Below are positions 1 through 11,248 of a DNA stretch of 64,000 bases, piece by piece. This DNA comes from Leidyana gryllorum EB-2025a. Its lineage: Eukaryota; Protista; Apicomplexa. The translations under genes were made by a program, and so were the position numbers. Each line of letters begins with the position of its first letter. Position 1 is the stretch's first letter. The notes under the pieces are model-generated. The model worked only from the letters and a program-made list of their open reading frames with translations, was not told the DNA's origin and made no database searches. The stretch lies in contig JBLWGC010000230.1 of NCBI GenBank assembly GCA_048772705.1, forward strand, positions 62,001 through 126,000, written 5' to 3'.

Positions 1-589
1 ACTGCCTTTGAATGGACCGAAATACTTTACTAAGGTTACTGAGATCTCGCGCTGTTGCACGAGACGCATTGAGCATTACGCGATGCTGTTTCGGATCCGT
101 TGACTCTTGAGCAGCCGTACTCAGCTGCCTGATTGAAGCTTCTTGCTCCCTAATACTGGCTGTGATCACGTTGGCCATGGCTGCCAGCGGCTGCGCCTCA
201 ATGTTGGAATCGAACAAACTCATCATTTGTCTCCTCAATGCTCGTTGGTAGTTCTGCACTGTTAGCCATACGTGTATTACCAACGAGACACACGCGCACA
301 AACCACGCAATCACTCACACTGTTCTTTCAGTCGCTCGGTCCCACATGTGATCGTGTCCAGGTGATACATCCATTCCTGCGGCTGAACTGACGTCAGTGG
401 CACAGATTCTTCCTGTGTGTCTCGAGCAGAAGTACTGCTGACGGGTCCCATCTCGATATCAGTCTGGTGTAGTAGCTGCTGCCTCAAGGGGGCGCGGGCA
501 GCGACACCGAATCGTTCCTGACGACGGCAGTAGTCATCCCTCAAGTGTTTGAAAGCCACAGTTCGATTGCGGGTAGGCAGGACACCCAT
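1..589 (-). CDS. STX16: Syntaxin-16/Tlg2-like Qa-SNARE, N-terminal part (runs off window start; one intron ~262-318)
   Basis: N-terminus TRNRTVAFKHLRD resembles the STX16/SYP4 N-peptide (TRNRTxxFxxxR). Spliced exon 2 gives a Habc-like helix NASRATARDLSNLSKVFRSIQRQ. Confidence 0.7.
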
Positions 590-741
590 TGCGTGGTTTT
601 GAGTGGGGTGGTTGGGGTTTAAAGGAGACGGTGTATCAAGGGTTTTATTTCATTGGATCATTATTGAATTGTGAATTCAGTACAAAGCTCATTCATTGAC
701 CATCTACTTCTGTTAGCTAGTTAGAACCGAAGTCTTTTGCA

Positions 742-2160
742 ATGACTGGTCGAGGATTCCGATGTGGTAATGGCGAGATGGGCCGCAATGCCTCAGTGAT
801 CCTGCCAGCGGAACACAGACGAGTCGAAGCCCCTACAAGTTGCGACAAAGTATCGCAACGCCGGCCAGCAAATATTCCTGCTCGGAGGCGCAGACCTGCG
901 CCGGGCGGTTCATTGACGCTCTCCAGCCCCACGGCATTGTTGAGCAGCGCGCCTGAATGGCAAGCTCAGTTCTACAAGACCAAGTTATGCCCCTTCTATG
1001 TTCGAGACATTCCGGATGCGCTGACAGCGCAGCAAGCAGCGGCTCAGTTCGGTCACAATGTTGGCAGTGCTAGTGGCGTTTGCATGAACAGGGACAATTG
1101 TCGATTTGCCCATTCCTTCGAAGAGCTGCGTCCCCTGCCTGACCTGCGCAAGACGAAGCTCTGCAGCTCATACACAAAGAAGACCCCCTGCAAGAACCCC
1201 AAGTGTCCTTTCGCTCACTCACCCAACGAGCTTCGGACATCTTCGTCGGTATTCTACAAGGTCACCCTCTGCAATTTTTACAAGAACGGACGGTGTTGGA
1301 ATGGATCCAATTGTCGCTTCGCTCACGGCAACGAGGAGCTTCGCAGTGCGGATCAGGCTCCATCCGACGAGGACGACGAGCTCGTCTCTACCACCACCAC
1401 CTCCACCCGAACCAAGAAAGCCCGTCGGCCCTGCGCTCGAGACAAATCTGACGGTTTGCTCCCAACGCCGGCTGAATCCACTCGCATTCCATATGAAAAG
1501 CCGTTGCACAAAGTTCGCACTGCGGCCTCCACCACATCGAATTCTGCTACCACTACTCCCCCTGGGACAGCTCCCCAAACCCAAGTACCCCCATCCAACT
1601 ATTCCGACACGGAAACCCTGATATCGCTTGTAACGCAGAAACTACTCGAACCTCAGCTGCCTGCGGACACTACCTTTGACGCTCCGACCGAATCGATCCC
1701 ACCTGGCTTCTCCGAAGCTCCATTGACTCCCTCTTCATTGAATGTTGATGCTGAGACCCTAATGTCATTCATATTGGCCGCTACAAACAATCCCGCGGAG
1801 AAAGAAGCTTACGTACCGCCGAACACTGGCCTTTATCCATCGCAGAGTCACTATCAGACAACTGCGCGCCCAACATCCGAACCCCCCCAATCATTGTATG
1901 AACCGGCTGAGGACGCCCTGTACCCAAGTACATTTGCACCGCACACGGCACATAACATTCACATGCCCGAGATGGTGGTGCCTGCCCCGCCTCCTCCTCC
2001 CGAAACTTTCCCCGTTATCAATGGACCGGCTTGCTCATTCGTACCTGATGGACCGGAGGGCGCAGATTACGATGATAATGCCGAAGATCCCGCTGTACAG
2101 CTACTCATCATGACTCTTCTGCAGGGTTTGAGCATTGATGAGCCACAACCCTTTGTTTGA
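742..2160 (+). CDS. Tandem CCCH zinc-finger RNA-binding protein
   Basis: Three (Y/R)K(T/V)xLC...C-x4/5-C-x3-H fingers (CRFAH, CPFAH, CRFAH) followed by a Pro/Thr-rich tail. Start codon uncertain. Confidence 0.9.
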   Translation: MTGRGFRCGNGEMGRNASVILPAEHRRVEAPTSCDKVSQRRPANIPARRRRPAPGGSLTLSSPTALLSSAPEWQAQFYKTKLCPFYVRDIPDALTAQQAAAQFGHNVGSASGVCMNRDNCRFAHSFEELRPLPDLRKTKLCSSYTKKTPCKNPKCPFAHSPNELRTSSSVFYKVTLCNFYKNGRCWNGSNCRFAHGNEELRSADQAPSDEDDELVSTTTTSTRTKKARRPCARDKSDGLLPTPAESTRIPYEKPLHKVRTAASTTSNSATTTPPGTAPQTQVPPSNYSDTETLISLVTQKLLEPQLPADTTFDAPTESIPPGFSEAPLTPSSLNVDAETLMSFILAATNNPAEKEAYVPPNTGLYPSQSHYQTTARPTSEPPQSLYEPAEDALYPSTFAPHTAHNIHMPEMVVPAPPPPPETFPVINGPACSFVPDGPEGADYDDNAEDPAVQLLIMTLLQGLSIDEPQPFV

Positions 2161-2895
2161 CAATGATTTAGGTGCAAGTTGCGTACCCATTTGCATTGTG
2201 CCTTGAGTAGGTTAGACAAGCGCGAGCGCGCGTTAAAAAGAATTCGTCCAGTCTAAAACCAAATCAGACTGTCGAATAGGCGCTGAGCTATGTCATACCA
2301 CTCAGAATCGTAGAGATACAGAGAGACGGCCGGCCGACAAACAGACCGAATTCAGTAGCAACAAATTACTGCCAGTACTTCTATTCGAGGTGTACACAAT
2401 GAACTTCACCATCACCACTCTATTTGAGTCCCTTTTCCTTCTAATGGCTAGATACTACCTTGGCTCCAATGTGACTAATACAGATCTATCGGTCTGTTGT
2501 GCTGGCATTGTGATTACCCACGTGGCAGCTTTCGTTGGCCACGCAACTGACTCCTACCAGTCCCTGTTACCAATGGCGTCCAAGACCGAAGACCCATATT
2601 CTTCCACTCTGTTCCCTGAGTGGCAGCCCGCCAATTGATACCTCAATTCGACTATGTGGTGTAATTTGAGTTGAATGCGAATGATTGACCTCCCTTCAAT
2701 GAAGATCCAATACTGCTGCTCACTGCCCCTTTGGAGCAACTGCAGAACTCCTCCGACACTTTCTATGGCATCGGAAGATTCTGCCACTTGGAGTCATGTC
2801 AATGAGGATCGAATAGATAAAGATCAACACATGTGCTAGCTAGACTATTGCGTTAAACAAGCTAAATCAGCAGCCTTTTGCTTTTCCAGGGCTCA

Positions 2896-3810
2896 TCAAA
2901 ACTCGGCTTCCAGATGTAAAATCTGAGGTCGGCGCACCAATCTGATCAGCACTCCATCCCCAGTACGCACAACATCCTCTGCCGTGTCTCCAAGATCGGT
3001 GTGTTCCTCTTCTTGCTCTACCGTCAAGGGCGAATTCCACGCTTGAATTCGTCCCACCATAGACGTCAGGACGTCGTTTAGCGACTCAGTCGCAGGGTTC
3101 AGGGTGTGGACGAAGTCGTGTGGTTGCTTCAAGCTGTCCACATTGAACGCTTTCCATTCTCTGACACCCGGGTGTGTGCCGTCGATCAGCAAGGTCAAAA
3201 TATAGATTCTGTGGGCCGTTGCGATTTGATGGATCATTCGAGGTTCCAAAGGCGCATATTGTCCACAGAATTCGCTTATCCTATGAAACAACTTTTCAAA
3301 GGTGCGCGGTTGTTTGGAGTGTGGCAGGTCCGACACGGCAGGTAGATGTGAAGTTAGCAGCACAAGGATTCTTGTATAGAATTCGTCATTATTTGAGTTA
3401 CCAAAGTCGAGGATACTATCGTAAAGCGCGTTGGATGCGAATGTTGGATCGCTACCAACCAGTTCCGTCAAGTGTAGCATGTGCTCAGCCAAAGTTGAGC
3501 GATTATTGTTCTCAGACACAGAACCCTCGCAGACCATTCGACTTTCAACACAAGCGCCGTCGGTTCCGCCCTCCGCTGGGAAGCTCTGAAGGGTGACTTT
3601 CTTGACATCCAACCCTTCCAGAGGTAGCTCAGTCTGATCCACAAACTGACCCTTCAAGTAGTCAACGACATCTTTAGATCTTTCTGCCAGCAGTACCAGA
3701 TCGATCGGGGCATGCTGAGCCCCCGCGAAGTCTGAAGATGGGGCTCTGGCCCAGTATGGCAGTTGTGCATGGGCAAAGCTCAAAAGTGAGAAAATGAAGA
3801 TGGCCACCAT
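2896..3810 (-). CDS. Secreted protein with degenerate vWA/integrin-beta I-like domain
   Basis: Signal peptide MVAIFIFSLLSFAHA. PIDLVLLAERS, NALYDSILD and TRILVLLTSH resemble vWA beta1, alpha and beta4 segments. Confidence 0.5.
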   Translation of the reverse strand: MVAIFIFSLLSFAHAQLPYWARAPSSDFAGAQHAPIDLVLLAERSKDVVDYLKGQFVDQTELPLEGLDVKKVTLQSFPAEGGTDGACVESRMVCEGSVSENNNRSTLAEHMLHLTELVGSDPTFASNALYDSILDFGNSNNDEFYTRILVLLTSHLPAVSDLPHSKQPRTFEKLFHRISEFCGQYAPLEPRMIHQIATAHRIYILTLLIDGTHPGVREWKAFNVDSLKQPHDFVHTLNPATESLNDVLTSMVGRIQAWNSPLTVEQEEEHTDLGDTAEDVVRTGDGVLIRLVRRPQILHLEAEF

Positions 3811-3988
3811 GCCAAAAATGATTGAATGTAGTGATCTGCCCATCCAATACAAGTTGGTGCCTCTACAATTTGTCGCTACGGTACCCCACATTGATGACAC
3901 CCACAAAGGTCGACGGAATCTGTCTATTACTGGCAAGCTGAGTCCCAGTAATGCCAACGCATGTCCCGCACAACAAGCCAAAGCGAAT

Positions 3989-5872
3989 ATGGAAGATCCA
4001 TATGGCCACTTCAACGTAGCTAACGACTATCTGTCGAGCTCGAATCTCACAACTTCAGCTGATAGCGAGGACACCGGGAGTCCTCTCCGCCACGCAATCG
4101 CGCTACGCCAAAACCACACACGCCTCCTATCAAACTTGCAACGCGAATGGGATGCAAGTGGAAGAAGAGGTAAGACATCACTGTTTCGTCTCTATGGATG
4201 CGGTCATCGTCCAGATTTGACTCTGTACACTTGGATTGAGCTCGATCGCCGCCTGCGCGAGGCTGAAGGTGAGACTCAACAGACACACTTTCTTTTAAAG
4301 GGCTAGCACGAATTGACAGGTCTCGGAGGCTGGTCAGGCCCCCCTGCGCTACGAGCGGCAGAAGCTTGGCACCGGATCGGTTGGTACCTGATGACTCTGT
4401 TATTCAAAAAGTCGGGAAAAGAAGCTGAAGAAGGCGGGGTCTTTCAACCGGCCAGTTACCCCTTGCTCCTGACTACTTTAGAGAAGCTGTATAGCTGCTA
4501 CCCTCAGATGACCTGTTTCTTAATGCCCATTCCGGTGCCTTTGGCACCGGAGAGGGTATCCACCTCGTCCAACGACTCTGCGATTAAGTCTTTTGCTTCC
4601 CGCGGCCCTCTCGCGTGGCTTCATCGGATTACACTACCACTGAATCCCGACTTGAAGACGTGTGTGTTGTGTTCTCATGGTACTGTACGGTGTCTCAAAG
4701 ACGATTCTGTTAAATTGCTGTTCACCAAGCACCTGGGTGTTCTGAGTCGACACATCGATCTGTTTGCCAGGGCCAAGGAAACTCCTCCATACGGCGGTGA
4801 TCTCTACACCCGATTTGTCGCTCACTTTGTGCTGCCATGGGTCTCAGAACGAGACATATCCAGTCTTTTCATTGGGAACGGTAGTGAGAAATACCAAGGC
4901 GTAGCGGAGGAGACACTGCACGCGATTTATGGTCTTTTGGAGGACTCGATTCGATACCTTAACCTATGGGCGGTCTTCTCGCCTTATCGCTCGGGATTGG
5001 CAGTGGACTATCCCTCTCTGCTGACCACGGTTCCGGTGACGTTGACAAACGCGCAAAGTGTGGACGGTTTGTTACCGCACCTGAGCGAGTTGGACGGGGT
5101 TCCCGCAGTGGACACCGCTGTTTGGATGTTGCTGCACTATGCCGTACTGATATGTTTCACTGCCTTCCGTCGCGGTTACGACATCAGTGCGAGGACAAAG
5201 TCCTATTTGGATTTGAAAGCGTATGCTTATGCTGACCCGCGTCAAGTGGCAGCCGTGCACAATCAAATTTGCAACTGGGCTACACGTCAACTGCTTTGTA
5301 CGCGCGTATTGCAGGCTCTCAGCGAGACGAACGGCACGACAGTAGACTCGGCAGCGTCGTTTCTGTGGACTTTCGGTCCGTCGGCCGAGGTGCGAGGGTC
5401 GTTGCGAGACGACAGATTATTGTACCAGAAAGGAAAGTATCGTTTCTGTACGCATCCTGTACATCGTCAGAAACGAGACATGGGCAGTCCCATCTACCGC
5501 GTACAGCCAGCATTAGCTCACAGCTTGTTTTCGAGTTCACGTTTCAATCGCGATCTGTGTGGTCGAATGCTGTGGGTACCTCAAAATGAGGTAAAGGACT
5601 GGCGTCAGACTCTCTTGTTCGCTTGGACTGACCGGGTTTTGAAGTTGGCAGAGTTGCATCAGGTGGTGGACTCATCAGCCGTGAATGAGTGCGTCACTGA
5701 TTTGGTCATGAGGGCCCAGCAGGTTATCACTGACCGAATCCAGTGGTTCGAAGGTACATATTCGCGAGAGTGCCAGAAACTGGTCCGAGGGATGCAGCCA
5801 GGAGCGTCGGCGCCGACTGGAATGCTACTTTTCGAACCAGCAGTGATAGCTATTATGGGATTGACAGTGTAG
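3989..5872 (+). CDS. Hypothetical protein (spliced; intron ~4269-4319)
   Basis: Long ORF 4313-5872 joined to an upstream exon by a GTGAGA..TTGACAG intron. No recognisable domain. Confidence 0.6.
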
Positions 5873-5890
5873 ATAGCTAGTTTTTGTGGT

Positions 5891-8800
5891 ATGGCCTCAA
5901 AACTGCCCCCTCCCCTCCCACACTCGTGGCTGGTACACCGAATCCCTTGTGCTGTGCTCACAGAGAGGATATGTACATACCTAGACTTGATCGCCATTTC
6001 TCGTCTATCTTCCACCTGCCGCGACTTACGACTTCTGGTGAGGACAGGGGCTATCGAAACGCTCCGCAATTTGGCTCCTCCATCTCCACCTCCCAAGTAT
6101 CTGCCTCTACTTGCTGATGACCTGTTGGCCGATTGCCTCTTGCACAGGCAAGGACTGCCTAGCGCTCTACGCCACCGCTTCCTGGCGCGTGCGATCCGAC
6201 TGGCTACGAATTTCAGTATATCTGTTGCCAAGGAACTCCGGGTGCGGTCGACGGTCGAGTTGCCGCCAGATTCCCGCATCCGCTTCGTGGTCCCCTTCAA
6301 AGCACCCGAAGAGGCTCCGAACTTTAGCGGTCTGTGCACCTTTGCCGAGCGAATCCGAGAAGCGCTGATAGAGAATCCCCCCTCCAGCGTTGTCGGTCGC
6401 AATGAACGGTTCCTGGCCTTCCTGCTGGAAGACAGCAGCTCGGCGGAGAGCGAAGGAGAGGAACATGCCTCCGTTCCCTCGAGTGGTGACTCTGTGCCGA
6501 CTCGCGGCAAAGGGGCCCGCAAGGGTTCCATTGCTTCGGCTTATGGCCTCGACGTCCCTGCAATCCGACGCTTACGTCAGGATCGTCTGGAGGAGCTAGC
6601 GGACTCTCCAGAGCCGTGCCCCAGACGTCAGAAATGCTCCAAACGCGATTTGGCCGAGTGGGCAAGAATGTTTGAATTGTCAAGCCGTTTATGCGGCAAT
6701 CATCTCGGTCTCACTGATAATGCCGAAAATCCACCCCCCTCACACCACATACCCTTAGCGGATGCTATATTCGACTATTTGCGTGACTCTGAAAAGATCT
6801 GGATGGAAGATTCACTCGAAGACGAGATCCAAAGAGACATCAACCGAACCCTCCCTCAACACTTCTTGTAAGCATTAGATTGTCAACCAGGGATCGGTTC
6901 TCTTATCGGAAACACATCCAGATTTCGAGCCGGAGCCGAGACGGAGCTGAAAAAAGCGCTCTTTCATGTTTTACGAGCTGTGGGTGAGTCTTGATACCTC
7001 CGCGAGAGTATTTGTGGTTACAATAATGTCTGTCTCTCGATAGCTATCCTCGAGCCGGGGATGGGGTATTGCCAAGGCATGAATTTCATTGCTGGTGTTC
7101 TATTAATAGAAACTCTGTGTCCAGCGACAGCCTTCTGGGGTTTGCTCGCTATGATCCGACAGCAGAACTTCAGTGGTCTATTCTGCCCTGGGGTTCCTGC
7201 GCTCCGGGTGAAATTGATGCAGTTTCGACGCCTCAGTGCCGATTTGTTGCCAACGGCATTCAAGTCATTGAATCGATTGTCTCTCAGTACAGATCTGGTT
7301 GGACATCAATGTTTTGTCACTGCCTTCGCCTATTTCTTGCATCCCACCGTCCTCATCCGTTTCTGGGATCTATTTTTCCGGACTGGTTGGAAAGTCATGA
7401 TGACATTAGCCATCGTAGTCCTGAAGCTGTTAGAACCGAGTTTATCCGAATGTGAAGATGCGGAAGCCGCCCTGAAGCTGATGCAGGTAGGCAGTGAATG
7501 GAAATAAGAGCTATCGCGACCCTCAGACGTTCCGAATGGACATGTCGAAAATCAGTCTGGACTCCACTAAGGGTGCAGAGCTCTTCGACCGTTTGAAACG
7601 ATGTTATGCGGAGTACAGTCCTTACGTTACTTCTGCTAAATTACAACATCATGCGTTGGAGCAGTTCATATCCACCCTCCGCGTAGGTGATATTCGAAAT
7701 GTTTGTGATTCTCCACGCAGCTAGCGATACACAACATGCAATTGCCTGTGATCTCCTCGAGTGATCGACCGCGAGTGGATCGAGAGAAAGACAGGCCGCC
7801 GCCACCGGAACAGAGTGACGTTGCGTCCAGACCAACTGACTCTATGGCAACTGTAACGGAACCCGTGCGCAATGTGGTGGAGCAGCAATCAGATCGGGTT
7901 CAGCCGCCTTTCATTTTGGTTCCACGATTCCCCATGAAGCCGAGTCGTCGTGCTCTTCGGGAAGAAGACATCAATGCAATAATCATCAATTATGTGACAC
8001 CCAAGACGTCAACTTGTTTCGAGCTGTTGCCGTCCGAGAGTTCCACTCTCGCCCCACCGAGTATCGAAGAAGCGGCAACAACACCCGTGGCTACCACAAC
8101 CGCCGCCTCAACTGGTGATGACCCTGTCCCAGCGGCACAGCCCAACGGTGCCTCAGGTGGCCTCGGAGTGAGCTGGAGCCTACTTGCCTCCAGCCAGACG
8201 CCCGCTGATCATCATAAATTGAGTCTGGTCCGGGGACGTGGAACTCTACCTTTGAATGGCTTCTATGTACTCATTGACGTGCGTATGTATATGTCAGAGA
8301 GCCACCGTATTAGTGAGCGAGATCCCATAACGGAGTATCTCTATCCTCAACAAGCTGTTAAAGTACCTGAGTCTGATTTAATCTCTTTGTGTCAAACAGG
8401 CGCGGTCTCACACCTGGCAGCCTTCTTAGAACGAGATGATCTCCGCCTAAGAATACGGCAACCTGATCCAATGCCCAAAGAGATCACTCCAGAAGAGGAA
8501 ACAGCCTGGAAATGTCGCAAAGGCGCCTCCAGTTTGCTAAATTGGATTCGCATCCACAACCAACAAGTCGAAGGAGAAGAACATCGTAGAGCCGTCGGGC
8601 GCGGAGGCTTTGTGATCGCCCCCCTCCGAGCAGTGATCCAAACAAAGATCAATTTCGATATGCAGGAAATGCAAGTAGGGCTACTTGGGTCAATCAGAGG
8701 TTTCTCTACATTCCCTCTCTTTGCAGCTCGGACAGGACCGCGAGATATTTGAGGACAAAATAATGAGCATTGGACGTCATTTGACCAACAAGATGAAAGA

Positions 8801-9870
8801 ATTGGAGAGGTGGACCCAAAAGCGCGATGCAATGGCCTCAACACTCTCACGTCTCGAAAAGGAAAAGAAAGCCCTGGTACGACGCTTCTACATACACACC
8901 TTCCCTCACGCTGTTCAACCCGCCCCGCACACTACTTCCCTTTCGCAGATGAGGGAGCTGCATGGAACAGTAGTCTCTCCTCTCGAGTTAACACGTGCAA
9001 CTGTAAGCAATGGCGAAAGCGACTCTCTGTGGTCCAGGATGGTGAATGGACTATGGGGCTGGTCCTCAGCGCGTGGAGAATCAGCTTCTCGAGGGGGTGG
9101 AGATGGGTCAATGACCACCGCTGCACATGCAGGTCCGAAATCCCCCCCTGTTGTGAGTACCCCCAGCCCTGAAGTTGAGGTGGGTGGCGAGGTCAGCGGC
9201 GAGGAACGAGCTGAAGAGGCACCGCCTCCCTTGGATTCCAAGCCGCGTACAAGCAGCTCTGTTGGGTCGAGTAAATCGGTGAAGTTCTTGCTGGAGAATG
9301 ACAGCCCTGATGCCTGTATTCTGACTCCAGGCGAGGTCATCACGCCGCCGGCCGTTCCATCGAGAACCGATAGTCAGCCGCCACAACGGAAAAGGTCAAG
9401 TGCATCGCAGCCTGATAAATCGAGGACTATTGCGCGTGTTGAGAAACGTCTGAGAAATGTCGAGCGAACTTATGCGGCTCAACGCAACCGCTTGAATGAG
9501 ATGACATCGTAGGTGAAACGCTGATTTTCTCTAGAAAAGGTGCCATCATAGCCGTTTGATGCTTTTGGAGGATGCAATCAGAGAAGCAAAGGAGATCAAA
9601 GAGACTCTGCTCATGTCCTACCATGAGCTGGCGACTCGACAAGAGCGGGAGGAGATCGCCATGGTTGAAGAAACTTTGAGGACATCCTGCGACTGGGCTA
9701 ATGAGTCCTTGCCGTTTGCCCTCTTGAGAATTGCGGGGGCTTTGAATGAAGAGTTCTTGAGTACGCACCTCCTGATGGAAATCCCAGATCTGTATTCTGA
9801 GCTCATATCGCTTCCCCTCTTCTGGCCACAGTTCAAACAGCTTTTTCTGCAATGCCCCCGTGGCGGATGA
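5891..9870 (+). CDS. TBC (Rab-GAP) domain protein with N-terminal F-box-like motif, multi-exon
   Basis: EIQRDINRT (IxxDxxRT R-finger), GYCQGMNFIAGVLL (YxQ Q-finger), LIRFWDLFF. N-terminal IPCAVLTERICTYLDLIAISRLSSTCRDLR. The 3' exons are joined tentatively. Confidence 0.8.
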
Positions 9871-9890
9871 CCGCCATAAGTATTGGCCGC

Positions 9891-11076
9891 TCAGTGCGGA
9901 GTGGTGCGTGGCACGAACGGAGTAGCAAAGGGGGATAGCCGAAACTTTGGGCGGGCCTCCATGCACCGGTCTATCCAGTCCATCTTCCTGCCAGTTATCT
10001 CTGACATCGTCTTGACCCACAGTGCTTCCTGGTCAGGATCTCCAACCAGCCAGTCACGAATGACATTCACGAAGCGGTAGAACAATAGCCGTGGGCCACG
10101 ACCTTCGTACCAGTTAGCAGTCTCACTGACATTGTGCGTCCGCAACACCGCTTCTGCGAAGATCAGCGTGGCACCCCACAAGCTCAGGGTGCGAACCAAG
10201 CCTGGGTACCCGGCCATTAATGCCACAACGTCGGCTAAGCCCGAGCTAAGTGTGTTAGAGGGTGTATCAGCCAACCTGCACCACCACAATATGCTTTGGC
10301 CTCATTGGCAAGAGTGCTTACGCCCACAATATAGAATCTATCTCTTTCCTAATCGCTAAGCATCTATCAGGATCGTCCTTGACGTCGCTGCCGCTCTCCT
10401 GAATGTCCTGCAGAGCCTCTGTCAAGGCAGGGAAATCATTGATTTGGATTCCGGCCAAGAGGCATCGGAAGCTGATCAAGGGAAGCAGAGGGCTCGCACA
10501 GTACGGCGGAGGGCACATTCGCCGGGCAACCTCACGCCATGGTTCCTCCTGCACTCCCAAGGGGCCTTTGAGAGGTGATCGAAACGTTTGCAGATATGTC
10601 CCACGGGAGACACCCGGTAAAGGATGCGGATCTTTGCATGCCAGCAAGCGGTCATCCGACTGAAGATGAGGATCGTACATGACAGACATGCGGCTTGACT
10701 CTTGGCGGCACCATCCAATGAGCTCCCCTTCACTACTACTATCCATTGGACCATTTGGACTGGGCATGGCCGAGTCATTTTGAAACTCAGATTGTAGTAA
10801 ATCAGTGTACAACAATTCCTTGCTGCCTGTGCGCCGAGATTCCTGCAAGGAGGATCGCACCAACTCCTCAACTGATGCTTCAGGAGGTGACCGCAGGGAC
10901 GGCATCAAATCAGCAGGAGGTGTGGTGTTCGCCTTCGAGAGGGACAGTAGAAACCCTATCGAGTAACGATAGCGAGCAGGCCGCTTCAGCACTTTGGTTG
11001 AAGAACTCTGTCGGGCTGACTGCGCTGGGGAGGACCGCAAAGGACCCTTCGAAAATCGGTATCGGCTGTCGAACAT
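9891..11076 (-). CDS. Putative translation regulator: eIF4E-binding motif + helical core + C-terminal PAM2 (two exons)
   Basis: RYRYSIGFLLSL fits YxxxxLPhi. C-terminal FRLSPFATPFVP fits PAM2. A GTAAGC..GTGCAG intron (~10276-10321) joins the two ORFs in frame. Confidence 0.55.
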
Positions 11077-11248
11077 GTGTACTTACTTTCACGAGTGAAG
11101 GGAGGAGCCACACTGCCCCACATATGGCCGCGAGAGCCAGTGCAAGTATTGATTCCCACATCATCGAGTGATGCATGTCTAACAGTGTCATGCACCTCAG
11201 TGTCGAGATAGAGCTTCATTGGCCATCATGTACTTTGACGCCATTGCA

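Noticed and set aside
2390-2787. Short ORFs between the CCCH gene and the vWA-like gene
   Set aside because: Non-ATG starts in the track, no motifs; more likely 3' UTRs of convergent genes.
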